The notes under the pieces are model-generated. The model was not told the origin of the DNA and searched no databases. It saw nothing but the letters and a program-made list of their open reading frames with translations. From positions 108,321-172,320 of the forward strand of contig JAFGCO010000011.1 in assembly GCA_016932575.1 (NCBI GenBank): 64,000 nt of DNA, written 5' to 3'. Source of the stretch: a bacterium. GTDB lineage: Bacteria; Zhuqueibacterota; QNDG01; JAFGCO01. The position numbers were made by a program, and so were the translations under genes. Below, piece by piece: positions 32,205 to 42,370 of the stretch. Each line of letters begins with the position of its first letter. Within the stretch, counting starts at the first letter, position 1.

Positions 32205-32588
32205 TTACTCTGCACGAAGCCGATGATCACGTGTTGACAGTCCGGTTCCGATCAAATCCTGAAGTTGTACCAGATCAATCGGTTTGGCCAGATAGGTATA
32301 CCCGTCTTCTTCAATGGTTTTAACAATACTTTCTGCGGAAGGATAACCGGTGATAATAATAATTACGGCGTTTGGATCGATTTCCTTGGCAGCATGAAGG
32401 AAACTCAATCCATCCATCTCCGGCATATTCACATCGACAATCGAAAGATCGATTGGACTTTCCCGGAAAATTCTTAAGGCCTCTTTTCCATTGGATGCCC
32501 TGACACTTTCATGTCCCATCATATGAATAACTTTGTGAAGATAATGACAAATCCCTTCTTCATCATCAGCAATGAGTATCTGTGCCAA
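32205..32588 (-). CDS. response regulator (stand-alone receiver domain)
   Basis: 127 aa REC (ILIADDEEG...DLSIVDVNMPEMDG). Confidence 0.85.
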   Translation of the reverse strand: MAQILIADDEEGICHYLHKVIHMMGHESVRASNGKEALRIFRESPIDLSIVDVNMPEMDGLSFLHAAKEIDPNAVIIIITGYPSAESIVKTIEEDGYTYLAKPIDLVQLQDLIGTGLSTRDHRLRAE

Positions 32589-32708
32589 AACTGCCTCCTC
32601 AAATCACTTATCAGACAACGTTCTGAAAGAAAACGGGCAATCTGAAATGACTCTCTTGTTAAAAAAGTACTGCCTCAATCTGTCTGCTAAAGAGAAAACA
32701 AACACGCC

Positions 32709-34580
32709 TCATTCAAACTTCGCCGGATGAATAAAATTTCCATACGCCGCCTGAGCCGCCTCCAGCCTCTCAACTTCCGCGTTGAGTGTATCAAAAATGA
32801 TTTCCGGTGCATTTGGAACTTCGTTATATATATCTAAAATACGGTGAATCTTGGATAAAAACGGCATCACGCGCAAACTGAATTGCTGAATATAGTCTCC
32901 TTCGCTGAAGGATTTGCTAAGGATATCCCCGAATAACTTTTTAAGATCCGGATATTTTGGAATAAAACCGACAGGGGTCATAATCGCGTCGACATCTCCG
33001 TGAACTCTGAGATCCATCCATTTCAACCAGACTGATTTATCGTTCCGCTCGTTTAACCAGTTGCCTGAATCATCTCTTAAAAAATAATTCACACCAAAAA
33101 TCTTTGGTACGACGTCGGCTTTGCGGCCAAAATCCAAATTGCTCTGAATGTAGTCACTTAATGGAACGGATACGAAATCCAGATTGGACATGGGATTAAA
33201 TTTCGGTACGCCCTCCCTGCCTAAAGTCGCCGCCGTTGTTTCCGATTCAAGTGACGCTCCGATGGTAATAATGCCATGTTCCCAGTCAAATGCTTCGCGG
33301 AGAGGCATCCATGCGTACGAATCCCGTCCGCCGTAAATAATCCCGCCCACTTCGACTCCCGTGGGATCTTCGATTCTGGAATCATAATTTTCCAGACAAT
33401 CAAGAGACAGGGTAAAACGGGCATTTTTATGTGAAGGGGGAATGATATTTCCTGAATTATCCTTTTTATCAGGTGTCCACTCTCCAGAATAATTAACTCC
33501 CTTTTCAGGCATTGAAACATCTTTATCGATCCAGTAAACCTCGCCATCTTCGGTTGTCAGCACATTGGAAAAAATAATTTCATTGGGCGTATGAAGGGTT
33601 TTGTAAATAATCGGATCATCTTTTGAATTAATGCCCATAATGATGCCGAACATCCCCTTTTCCACGTTCACAGCGCGCACTTTGCCATCGATAACCTTTA
33701 AATAGGCGATATCATCACCAACAATTTTTTCACCGGGCATCATTGAAGTGGATGTTTTACCGCAAAGTGAGGGAAATGCGCCAGTAAAATAGGTTTTCCG
33801 GTTACCGGGCCCATGTACACCCATCACGAACATATGCTCACACAGCCAGTCTTCATCTGTGGCCCGTTTAATAGCCAACCGCATGGCCAGCTTTTTTAAT
33901 CCGAGTGTATTCCCGCCGTATTGCGTATTGGCGCTGTATACAATTTTATCTTCCGGATCAATATAAATACGCCGTTTGAACACATGCTTACTCACAACAT
34001 TCTCCAGTTCACCCTGACTGTGCACAATCCTGAAAAATTGCTCGGACGGATCCGCATGACGAAAGGCTTCATAGCCCTGACGATAAAGCAGATCAAGGCT
34101 GTGAGCCACATAAGCCGAATCCGTCAACTGGCAGGTCAGAATCGAGAAAGGAGAATCCACGGGACCCAGGCAAAAAAACCGGACATACATATGATGCCCC
34201 TTCATGATGCCCTTCATGATCGATTTAATTTCCTTTTCGCCTTCATCCTTATCCATACTGTTAATATTTTTACTGAATGTTTGTCCCCTGGGCAATAACA
34301 ATTTTGTGTTTTCCTTGTCACGTGCCTGATCATAAAATCCATCAAAATGAACTGTATGTCCTTTAATGTTTAATTCAGATTCTTCACCTGTTTGAATGGC
34401 CTGCTCACGAATATAATTCAGATCATCTGCAGAATCTGTAATGACAGCAACCCGACCCGGCTGACATAATTCGACATATTGCGCCACAAAATCATGAAGT
34501 ACCGGGCTTTGAATCTCCATCAATTTATTATAATTGATATCATCTAAATGTTCTTTCAAAATATGTAAAGCTTGCTTCAT
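32709..34580 (-). CDS. pckG: phosphoenolpyruvate carboxykinase (GTP)
   Basis: 623 aa; kinase-1a motif FPSLCGKTS, VGDDIAYLK, length typical of GTP-PEPCK; ATG at 34580 preceded by AAGGAG. Confidence 0.85.
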   Translation of the reverse strand: MKQALHILKEHLDDINYNKLMEIQSPVLHDFVAQYVELCQPGRVAVITDSADDLNYIREQAIQTGEESELNIKGHTVHFDGFYDQARDKENTKLLLPRGQTFSKNINSMDKDEGEKEIKSIMKGIMKGHHMYVRFFCLGPVDSPFSILTCQLTDSAYVAHSLDLLYRQGYEAFRHADPSEQFFRIVHSQGELENVVSKHVFKRRIYIDPEDKIVYSANTQYGGNTLGLKKLAMRLAIKRATDEDWLCEHMFVMGVHGPGNRKTYFTGAFPSLCGKTSTSMMPGEKIVGDDIAYLKVIDGKVRAVNVEKGMFGIIMGINSKDDPIIYKTLHTPNEIIFSNVLTTEDGEVYWIDKDVSMPEKGVNYSGEWTPDKKDNSGNIIPPSHKNARFTLSLDCLENYDSRIEDPTGVEVGGIIYGGRDSYAWMPLREAFDWEHGIITIGASLESETTAATLGREGVPKFNPMSNLDFVSVPLSDYIQSNLDFGRKADVVPKIFGVNYFLRDDSGNWLNERNDKSVWLKWMDLRVHGDVDAIMTPVGFIPKYPDLKKLFGDILSKSFSEGDYIQQFSLRVMPFLSKIHRILDIYNEVPNAPEIIFDTLNAEVERLEAAQAAYGNFIHPAKFE

Positions 34581-34708
34581 CAATCATCTCCTTGTCTGTA
34601 AAATATTAAATAATACTTATTTTTTATAAAAAAATTCCATAAGACAGAATAATTTAATAGTTGAAATATGCCCTGTCAAGGAATATATTCGCCTTTATTA
34701 TTTATAGC

Positions 34709-34873
34709 CTAATATGATTCCGCTTCATCAATCAGCATCACAGGAATATCATCGCGAACAGGATATTTCAAACGGCACGAATGACAAATAAGCAGATCAT
34801 CCTTTGATTTGTACTCCAGATCCCCCTTGCATTTGGGACAAACCAGAATATCCAGCAATTCTTGATTCAGCAT
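34709..34873 (-). CDS. Trm112-family small zinc-ribbon protein (YcaR-like)
   Basis: 54-aa ORF below the track cut-off: [54 protein letters not shown]; SD AAGGAG 7 nt upstream. Confidence 0.55.
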   Translation of the reverse strand: MLNQELLDILVCPKCKGDLEYKSKDDLLICHSCRLKYPVRDDIPVMLIDEAESY

Positions 34874-34970
34874 TGAACACTCCTTTTAACAAACGGTAAT
34901 CATAGAATAAATCTGATATCTGCCAGAATGAAACCTGCCTTCCGACAACGGTTCTTTTCTTGTAATATAG

Positions 34971-35438
34971 TCAATCCTGTTTATTCAAAATAAATTCCGG
35001 ATCGGAAAAAATTGACGTATCATGTGGATTTGACTTTCCAATAATAAAATCAGCCAGACGGCGATCAACACGGACGGGCCTCCCCTGATGATTAACAAAA
35101 CAATGAAGCGAATATCCATTGGCGCGCAGAACATCATCAGACTCACCATATACTTCATAAACCAAATGCAATTTAAGCCGGTTGGCATGACTGACAGATG
35201 TATGTACGGTAATCAGCTCATCATATAGAACAGGTTTATAATAACGGCAATGAATCTCGATAACAGGCAATGAGATGCCCTGTGCTTCCAGCTGATTGTA
35301 TGGCAGTCCCCTCTCGCGAAGCATGTCTGTCCGGGCAGCTTCAAACCATTCGATATATCTGGAATGATATGCCACGCCCATCCGGTCAATCTCAGCATAA
35401 CGCACACGTGTCTGGTATCGATAAATGATCGGATTCAC
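34971..35438 (-). CDS. acyl-CoA thioesterase (hotdog fold, YbgC-like)
   Basis: RVRYAEIDRMGVAYHSRY motif; track ORF extends to 35483 (GTG) overlapping accA; GTG at 35438 with AAGGA upstream leaves a 4-nt gap to accA stop. Confidence 0.65.
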   Translation of the reverse strand: MNPIIYRYQTRVRYAEIDRMGVAYHSRYIEWFEAARTDMLRERGLPYNQLEAQGISLPVIEIHCRYYKPVLYDELITVHTSVSHANRLKLHLVYEVYGESDDVLRANGYSLHCFVNHQGRPVRVDRRLADFIIGKSNPHDTSIFSDPEFILNKQD

Positions 35439-35442
35439 AATA

Positions 35443-36405
35443 CTATTCCTTATAGAATCCAATTTTACCGTATTTTTCAACACGCTGATTGACCAGCTGC
35501 TGTGGCGTTAATTTGCTGAGCTGATTGAGATGCAGCCGGATGCGTTCTTTGACAATTTGAGCTGCTTTATCATAGTTACGGTGTGCACCTCCCATCGGTT
35601 CCGGAACCACTTCGTCAATAACACCGAGCTCCAGTAAATCAGAAGCTGTTACCTTCAACATCTCAGCAGCATGAGGAATCATTTCAGATGGATTTTGTTT
35701 CCATAGAATGGCTGCACAGCCTTCAGGAGAAATGACAGAGTACCAGCCGTTTTCCATCATCAGAATCCGGTCTCCCATGCCAATGCCCAACGCCCCTCCT
35801 GAGGCACCTTCTCCGATAATCACTGCAACAATGGGCACTTTTAAATGAGCCATTTCAAACAAATTTTTTGCAATAGCTTCACCCTGGCCCCTTTCTTCTG
35901 CACCCAAACCGGGATAGGCACCCATTGTATCAATCAGTGATATCACGGGTTTATTAAATTTTTCCGCCAATTTCATTAAACGTAAAGCACGGCGGTATCC
36001 TTCCGGATTCATCATTCCAAAATTGCGATGCAGCTTTTCTTTTGTGGTTCTGCCCTTTTGCTGACCGATAACCATCACAGGCTTTCCATCCAGTTTAGCC
36101 AGTCCGCCGACCATGGCCGGATCATCAGCAAAATGCCGGTCTCCGTGCAATTCCACATAATCAGTAAACATCCGCTCGATATAATCCAAGGCATAAGGTC
36201 GATCGGGATGGCGGGAAAGCAAAACACGCTGCCATCGGGTTAATTTTGCATACGTGTCGACCATCAATTTATTTAACTTTTGCTCAAGACGATGAATTTC
36301 TTCGTCCATATTGATATTTTCCGAGACCGAATAAGCTTTCATCTCGGCAATTTTCTTTTCAAGCTCAACAATTGGTTTTTCAAATTCCAGTGTGTAACCT
36401 GACAT
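35443..36405 (-). CDS. accA: acetyl-CoA carboxylase carboxyltransferase subunit alpha
   Basis: AccA-type sequence throughout; start moved to ATG at 36405 (M8), the track start is TTG. Confidence 0.9.
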   Translation of the reverse strand: MSGYTLEFEKPIVELEKKIAEMKAYSVSENINMDEEIHRLEQKLNKLMVDTYAKLTRWQRVLLSRHPDRPYALDYIERMFTDYVELHGDRHFADDPAMVGGLAKLDGKPVMVIGQQKGRTTKEKLHRNFGMMNPEGYRRALRLMKLAEKFNKPVISLIDTMGAYPGLGAEERGQGEAIAKNLFEMAHLKVPIVAVIIGEGASGGALGIGMGDRILMMENGWYSVISPEGCAAILWKQNPSEMIPHAAEMLKVTASDLLELGVIDEVVPEPMGGAHRNYDKAAQIVKERIRLHLNQLSKLTPQQLVNQRVEKYGKIGFYKE

Positions 36406-36562
36406 ACCGTCTCCCGCATTAACCAAACCAATATAATATAAGGAATTGAATCATAAGATCAAAGAAAAAGAGACTGATGAGCCCTGCATATAAAAGGAAC
36501 GTATTTATGGATGTCATATGAGGATTAAAGCAGTAACGATAAAATTGATATCTCTTCGATGG

Positions 36563-38497
36563 TTATGCTCGAAAAAACGCTTTAAGAAGGATTTCTATAT
36601 CCAGAAAAATCGAATAATTTTTCATATAATAATGTCTGTATTTCATTTTCTCTTCATCGGTCAGCTGCTTGGAACGGTGAATCTGGACCATACCGGTTAA
36701 TCCGGGTTTGAAGCCCATAGGGGCCATATCTGGTTCGAACGGGATCATTTCTGTACCAACGACGCTCATCTGCCCAAAAAGAATCGGAATTATCAAGAAG
36801 AGAATTTGCACCAGACCATGCATTTTCTTCTCCCGCCTCCAAACCTGAATAATCAACAATTTCTGTCCCATACCATTTGATATATACTCTTTCTGAAACC
36901 GTAATCCCGGTGCGACAAGAATCCATAAACCGGTGATCAAGGAAAAAGGTGCAAGAACAATCACCCACACCAGATCGAATAATCTTTTAAACAACAGGTT
37001 CCATCCCTGAAAAATGGGATAATCCAGATCCATCAATGCGATATCATCAAAAGTATCCACATTTGAATGCCCGATCAGTACATCCATTTGACGCGGAACC
37101 ATCTTAAAATCCAGATGTAAATCCTTTCCCCGGCTCATGAGTTTTAAAATACGGTTATAGCTGACTGATTCTGCAGGAAAAATCACTTCATGAATACGAT
37201 GGGCCACAGCCACACGCTCGATATCTTCAAGGCTCCCCAGAAGCGGTACAGATTTCACTTTCACATCTTTTTCAGTCGCTTCATCAAGAGAAACAACGCC
37301 GACTACCTCATAGCCGGTATCAGGATGTCGTCGCAGGTTTTTAAGAATACGTTGACTTGCACTGCCTGTGCCCACAACAATAACCCTGCGATTGACCATG
37401 GACCGGCCCAGTCTGCTGAACAGAACAAACCGGCTTTTTTGGGTGGCAATACGGATCATAAAGCGCCATCCGCTTAAAAAAACAGCATCCAGGAATGCTG
37501 CGATCAACAGCACTGCCCGGCTGAACTGATATTCCGGAAGAAAAAAAGTTACCGACGTATTCAAGACAAACCCGAAGAAAACAGCACCGATGGCATTGCT
37601 GACACTCACCAGGCTCCGGCGGTAAAGTCCCATGCCCCAAAAACAACCCAGCCAGATCGTGGAATAGATCACATTGACCCAACCATATCTTGGCCAATAA
37701 GCGGGATTTTTCAACCAGACAAGAATCGCGATGAAAAGTCCGATTTGAAGAAAAAGCAGATCAATAACCGGTACGAATATCCGTTGAAAAAGGTGTGATA
37801 AAAAACCAATCCCTCCGCGAAGCCAAATACCGATCATTAAAAACCATTGCGGTAAAAACGCCCATCCTGATTGAAAGTGTTTACGTACAAAAAGCTGCAT
37901 GGCTCCGTAAAAAATACGCAGATTATCAAAGGGTGCTTCATTTGCGCTGCGCCCTTTGTAATGGATGATCTGAGTGGTTGGCAGATAGATAATTCTCCAT
38001 CCTGTTTTGCGTATCCGGTAGCACCAATCCAGATCTTCACCATACAAAAAAAATTGTTCATCTAATAATCCGGCTTCATCCACTGCTTTTTTACGAACAA
38101 ACATGAATGAACCGGAGATGGCTTCCACTTCGGTTGTATCATCAGGATCAAGATAGGTTAAATTATACCGGCCGAATAACCGGCTTTTCGGAAAAAGCCT
38201 GTTCAAACCTATCGCTTTCGTGAATCCGACCCATGGCGTCGGATAACTACGCCGGCAGGCCAGCTGCAGGCTGCCGTCAGGATTGAGAATCTTACATCCC
38301 GTCATACCGACTTCAGTATGGGCCTCCATATAATTCAGACACACCCGGAATGTGTCCTCACGTACCAGAGTATCAGGATTAATCAGACAAATATATTTTC
38401 CTGTTGCTGTTTTTAAAGCCTGATTATTGGCTTTTGCAAATCCTAGATTTTCTGAATTGGTAATGAGTTGAACCGTACGAAACCGCTTCCGGACCAT
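36563..38497 (-). CDS. bifunctional GT2 glycosyltransferase / polyprenyl glycosylphosphotransferase (bacterial sugar transferase) fusion
   Basis: N-terminal GT2 (YGEDLDWCYR), central TM region, C-terminal sugar-transferase domain (PGLTGMVQIHRSKQLTDEEKMKYRHYYMKNYSIFLDIEILLK); see start-codon anomaly in findings. Confidence 0.7.
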   Translation of the reverse strand: MVRKRFRTVQLITNSENLGFAKANNQALKTATGKYICLINPDTLVREDTFRVCLNYMEAHTEVGMTGCKILNPDGSLQLACRRSYPTPWVGFTKAIGLNRLFPKSRLFGRYNLTYLDPDDTTEVEAISGSFMFVRKKAVDEAGLLDEQFFLYGEDLDWCYRIRKTGWRIIYLPTTQIIHYKGRSANEAPFDNLRIFYGAMQLFVRKHFQSGWAFLPQWFLMIGIWLRGGIGFLSHLFQRIFVPVIDLLFLQIGLFIAILVWLKNPAYWPRYGWVNVIYSTIWLGCFWGMGLYRRSLVSVSNAIGAVFFGFVLNTSVTFFLPEYQFSRAVLLIAAFLDAVFLSGWRFMIRIATQKSRFVLFSRLGRSMVNRRVIVVGTGSASQRILKNLRRHPDTGYEVVGVVSLDEATEKDVKVKSVPLLGSLEDIERVAVAHRIHEVIFPAESVSYNRILKLMSRGKDLHLDFKMVPRQMDVLIGHSNVDTFDDIALMDLDYPIFQGWNLLFKRLFDLVWVIVLAPFSLITGLWILVAPGLRFQKEYISNGMGQKLLIIQVWRREKKMHGLVQILFLIIPILFGQMSVVGTEMIPFEPDMAPMGFKPGLTGMVQIHRSKQLTDEEKMKYRHYYMKNYSIFLDIEILLKAFFRA

Positions 38498-38650
38498 TGC
38501 CTGACTGCCATCCGTAGATGCATTGTCTACAACAATAATTTCGGAAGGGATACCTTTTAGTGCCTTGACAATTGATTGAATCGCCTGCTCAAGATAGGAT
38601 TTAACATTGTAATTGACAATAATAACGGATATGTCATTGGAACGCGCGAT

Positions 38651-39376
38651 TTATAACCTCCCCAGGATACTGAGAAAACGCAGTTTCCATACCATCCAGG
38701 CCGCTTCACTCACTATGCCTGAATGCATCTTTGAACTCCCTATATTGCGGTCTACAAAAATAATAGGAATTTCTTTCAGTCGGAATCCGTGCTTCCAGGC
38801 TTTAAAGCTCATTTCAATTTGAAAGGCATAACCGTCAGAATGAATATCATTCAAATTAATATTTTCCAGCACACGCCGATGATAACATTTGAATCCACCG
38901 GTCGCATCCCGAACCGGCATGCCCGTGACAATCCGGGAATAAAGATTGGCAAACCAGGAAAGAAGCAGACGCGACATGGGCCAGTTCACCACATTGACAC
39001 CCTTGATGTAACGGGATCCCAATATAAAATCGTACTGATTAATAATTTTCAAGAAATTAGGAATTTCATTCGGATCATGAGAAAGATCGGCATCCATCTG
39101 AAATATTATCTGATAATCATGTTCCAGAGCATATCGAAATCCTTCTACATAGGCGGTTCCAAGCCCCAATTTACAGGATCGTTTGAGTAAATGCGTTCTC
39201 GACGTCTTTTTGCACCAGCGTTCGACGATTTCGGCTGTCCCATCCGGAGAATTATCATCGACGACCAAAATTTCTATCGCCGGTTCCTGCTGTAAAACCA
39301 GGGGAATCACCTTCTGGATATTCTGTACCTCGTTATAAGTCGGAATAATAACAAGGATGGAATCACTTTTTTGCAC
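38651..39376 (-). CDS. GT2 polyprenol-phosphate glycosyltransferase (Dpm1/GtrB/ArnC-like)
   Basis: 241 aa; ILVIIPTYNE...VVDDNSPDGT...QMDADLSHDP. Confidence 0.8.
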   Translation of the reverse strand: MQKSDSILVIIPTYNEVQNIQKVIPLVLQQEPAIEILVVDDNSPDGTAEIVERWCKKTSRTHLLKRSCKLGLGTAYVEGFRYALEHDYQIIFQMDADLSHDPNEIPNFLKIINQYDFILGSRYIKGVNVVNWPMSRLLLSWFANLYSRIVTGMPVRDATGGFKCYHRRVLENINLNDIHSDGYAFQIEMSFKAWKHGFRLKEIPIIFVDRNIGSSKMHSGIVSEAAWMVWKLRFLSILGRL

Positions 39377-39396
39377 GGGTCTGCCGTTTTATTATT

Positions 39397-39870
39397 TTAT
39401 GGTTTTTGGGGGATTTTACTGCCGGAGTTCCTGAAATCCAACAATTTCTGCTTCAATTCATCGTCTTGAAGCGCCAGAATCTGAACGGCTAAAATTGCCG
39501 CGTTTTTTGCACCGGCCTTGCCAATGGCTACAGTTGCCACAGGAATACCCGGAGGCATCTGAACAATGGAACAAAGCGCATCCAATCCGCTCAGAGGTGA
39601 AGCATCCAGAGGCACACCAATGACCGGAAGCACAGTCTGAGCGGCTACAACTCCGGGAAGATGTGCTGCCATGCCCGCACCGGCAATAATAACACCATAG
39701 CCCTTGTTTTCTGCCGAGGTGGCAAATGCTGTTACTTTATCCGGATCCCGATGGGCAGACATCACATAAACTTCATAGGGAATACCAAAAAAATCTAAAG
39801 CATCGGCGCAAGCCTGCATGACCTCTTCATCAGAGGTGCTGCCCATTAATATTGCTGCCTTTTTTACCAT
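39397..39870 (-). CDS. purE: 5-(carboxyamino)imidazole ribonucleotide mutase PurE
   Basis: 157 aa; PurE sequence (ILMGSTSD, SAHRDP, AGMAAHLPGVVAA); SD AAGGA. Confidence 0.9.
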   Translation of the reverse strand: MVKKAAILMGSTSDEEVMQACADALDFFGIPYEVYVMSAHRDPDKVTAFATSAENKGYGVIIAGAGMAAHLPGVVAAQTVLPVIGVPLDASPLSGLDALCSIVQMPPGIPVATVAIGKAGAKNAAILAVQILALQDDELKQKLLDFRNSGSKIPQKP

Positions 39871-40296
39871 GAATTTATTCCTTATCTGACACGGATATTT
39901 GGATTCATATACTTAATCGATTTTATCTGACGAAAATGAAAGATAAAAATAATCATCCCACTCTTTTTGATTTTTCAATCTTAAATACAACAGATCAATC
40001 GGTATTATCGGAAATTCACCCCTCATCCTCTCTTCCAAATAATCTTTCCTGAAACATGGCTCATCGAATAAACTGGCGGGAAAACAGACTGACCCGCCTG
40101 AAAATTACCATGCCGAAGACAGATAAACGGGAACCTGATGAATATCATCAGCACTAAAAACCTGCCAAAGTTCAGTATTTCATCAAGAATCGTGATAAAA
40201 AAATACAAAATATTTGGACTGCATGCAATAATAAATATGAGACTCTGGTCCACAACATATACACAACCGCAGTGTATAATACTCACATGTATTCGT

Positions 40297-41325
40297 TTAT
40301 TCCGAATCAAACTGGGTGCGAAATGTCTCTGCAATAACCTCCATTCGCCGCAGATAAGGCAGCTTTTCTTTACCCGGGGCGAATAATGCGATATCAATCA
40401 TATAAATCCGTTCTGTTACTGCATCGTAAAATGTATAATTCTTAAAAGGTCCGCCTGCTGCCTCATCCACATGCTCCCATAATCCGGCAGTGATTAATGC
40501 AGGCCGACCCCTGAAAGAACCTTCATGCGAAAAAAGATACCGGTCAGCAACCTGTTCTGAAAAATCCTTATAATAGGTTCGGCCAATTCGATTTCGCTCT
40601 TGAACAACCCATGCCTGATTGAGCAAAGAGATGTCACCGTTGTCTATCCATCGAATAAAAATCCATCGGTCCGGTAAAACCCGCCGCATCCATATAAAGT
40701 TATCGGCAGGAAAAGCTTCTGCTATAAAATAATCTTTCTGTATTCGCAGAGTCCAGCCGTAATTATCCATTAAATCTGTCTCAAGTTTCCTGTTTTCTCT
40801 GCCCTCTAACACCTCATCCGTAAGATAGCGCTCCATTTCTTTATGCATCAAATCATACAGCATAATCGAATGGTTTACAATCTTATCATGCAACGCGGTA
40901 ATATCGTTGCTTACCAGAATCATCATTACTTGATTTCTGGCCCATTCATTTTTCTTGAGGAAAACAAAGTTCTCTCCCTGTTCGATACTTTTCCGCAATG
41001 AAGGATCAACGGTTACATTTCGAATCATATCACCAATGCGGCCTTCTGAACGCAATGTGGATGCCACGATTAAAAAATGCGCACGGCTGTAATAATCAAT
41101 CAGGGAATCAGGCACGTGACGACATTTGAACCGATATTCCTTCTGAGGTGTTCGTACTACCTTTTCAAAAGTCGATCGCAGGGCGCCCTGAATGCCTTCC
41201 CAATCTTCATCTTCTGCCATAACGGAAATGACGCCCTCCTGCCACAGACTCCTGGGTTTTGGACTGCAATGATGAAATATGAGGAGACAAAGCACAAACA
41301 GGATCGATCGTATTAAAGTTCGCAT
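40297..41325 (-). CDS. hypothetical secreted protein
   Basis: 342-aa ORF with N-terminal signal peptide inside the glycosylation operon; family not confidently assigned. Confidence 0.6.
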   Translation of the reverse strand: MRTLIRSILFVLCLLIFHHCSPKPRSLWQEGVISVMAEDEDWEGIQGALRSTFEKVVRTPQKEYRFKCRHVPDSLIDYYSRAHFLIVASTLRSEGRIGDMIRNVTVDPSLRKSIEQGENFVFLKKNEWARNQVMMILVSNDITALHDKIVNHSIMLYDLMHKEMERYLTDEVLEGRENRKLETDLMDNYGWTLRIQKDYFIAEAFPADNFIWMRRVLPDRWIFIRWIDNGDISLLNQAWVVQERNRIGRTYYKDFSEQVADRYLFSHEGSFRGRPALITAGLWEHVDEAAGGPFKNYTFYDAVTERIYMIDIALFAPGKEKLPYLRRMEVIAETFRTQFDSE

Positions 41326-41382
41326 TCAATCATCCCCCTTTCTGATTCTGCATAACATAAAATTAACAATAGAAAATAATAT

Positions 41383-42339
41383 TTAATCGGTTTTTCTATC
41401 CCCACCCTTACGTGAAATAAACAAAATCCCGCCCGGCAGACTGGAAGCCACTGCCACAATAAACGCCAGGAATTCCATGGTGAAAGCATCCATGGCTGCC
41501 ATACCTGCCGTACCAAATAGTAAAACACCGGATTGTTCGCGAATGCCGATGCCCCCCAGACTGACCGGCAGGCTGGCCAATATAGCTATGACCGGAACAA
41601 ACAGAAAAAAATAGACAGGCGATACTGTACAGCCCAGGGATTTTCCTAATAAAAAATGCATCATAATCCGGGCGGATTGAACACACAGAGAGATCAATAA
41701 AACCTCAATAAATAAATGACGCCGCCGTCCAAAGTAATAAATATTGTTGTAAACATCTTTTGCTTTTAAATGCAAAGATTCGGGAATCATTTTTTTTATA
41801 AGCCAGAAAAAAAGTCTGGCAAACCTTCGAATAAAAAAGAAACATAGAATAAAAATCCAGGCACCAAGTAAACCAAGATAAAGGGTTCGAAATATCGGAT
41901 CGAGTTTTTTCTGAAGCAGTAAATAAGGCGATGCAAACAGCGCCATGCTCGATAAAACCAAAAGGCCCATTACACGATCCATAAAAACAGTGGAAACCGA
42001 AGCCGCTCCGTTTCGGGACAACCGGCGTACATCTAACATTCGGTAAAAGTCTCCTCCCACACCCCCGATTAAAAAATTATTAAAAAACAAGCCGGTAAAA
42101 TACATTGAAAGTGTTTTCCGAAAAGGCAAATTCACCGATTCGGCTCTCAACATATGCCACCATTGAAGACTGCCAAGAACATGGCTCAGCATAAACAGGA
42201 TCAGCGCTGCAAAAAACCAGAAAGGCTGTACCTGTTTCAGCGTATGTAAAACCCTCTCAATACCAATTCGGTTCAACAGAAAAATGATTAACGCACCGCT
42301 GATCACAATTTTGGCAATTTGAATAAATATTCTTCTCAT
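41383..42339 (-). CDS. flippase-like membrane protein (lysylphosphatidylglycerol-synthase TM-domain / UPF0104 type)
   Basis: 318 aa, about 8 TM helices, positively charged loops. Confidence 0.6.
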   Translation of the reverse strand: MRRIFIQIAKIVISGALIIFLLNRIGIERVLHTLKQVQPFWFFAALILFMLSHVLGSLQWWHMLRAESVNLPFRKTLSMYFTGLFFNNFLIGGVGGDFYRMLDVRRLSRNGAASVSTVFMDRVMGLLVLSSMALFASPYLLLQKKLDPIFRTLYLGLLGAWIFILCFFFIRRFARLFFWLIKKMIPESLHLKAKDVYNNIYYFGRRRHLFIEVLLISLCVQSARIMMHFLLGKSLGCTVSPVYFFLFVPVIAILASLPVSLGGIGIREQSGVLLFGTAGMAAMDAFTMEFLAFIVAVASSLPGGILFISRKGGDRKTD

Positions 42340-42370
42340 AAATTATAATGAAAAATAATGAATGGACGTT

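Noticed and set aside
40023-40397. 124-aa minus-strand ORF in the purE upstream spacer
   Set aside because: Overlaps the 3' end of gene 40297..41325, low-complexity hydrophobic sequence, no ribosome-binding site
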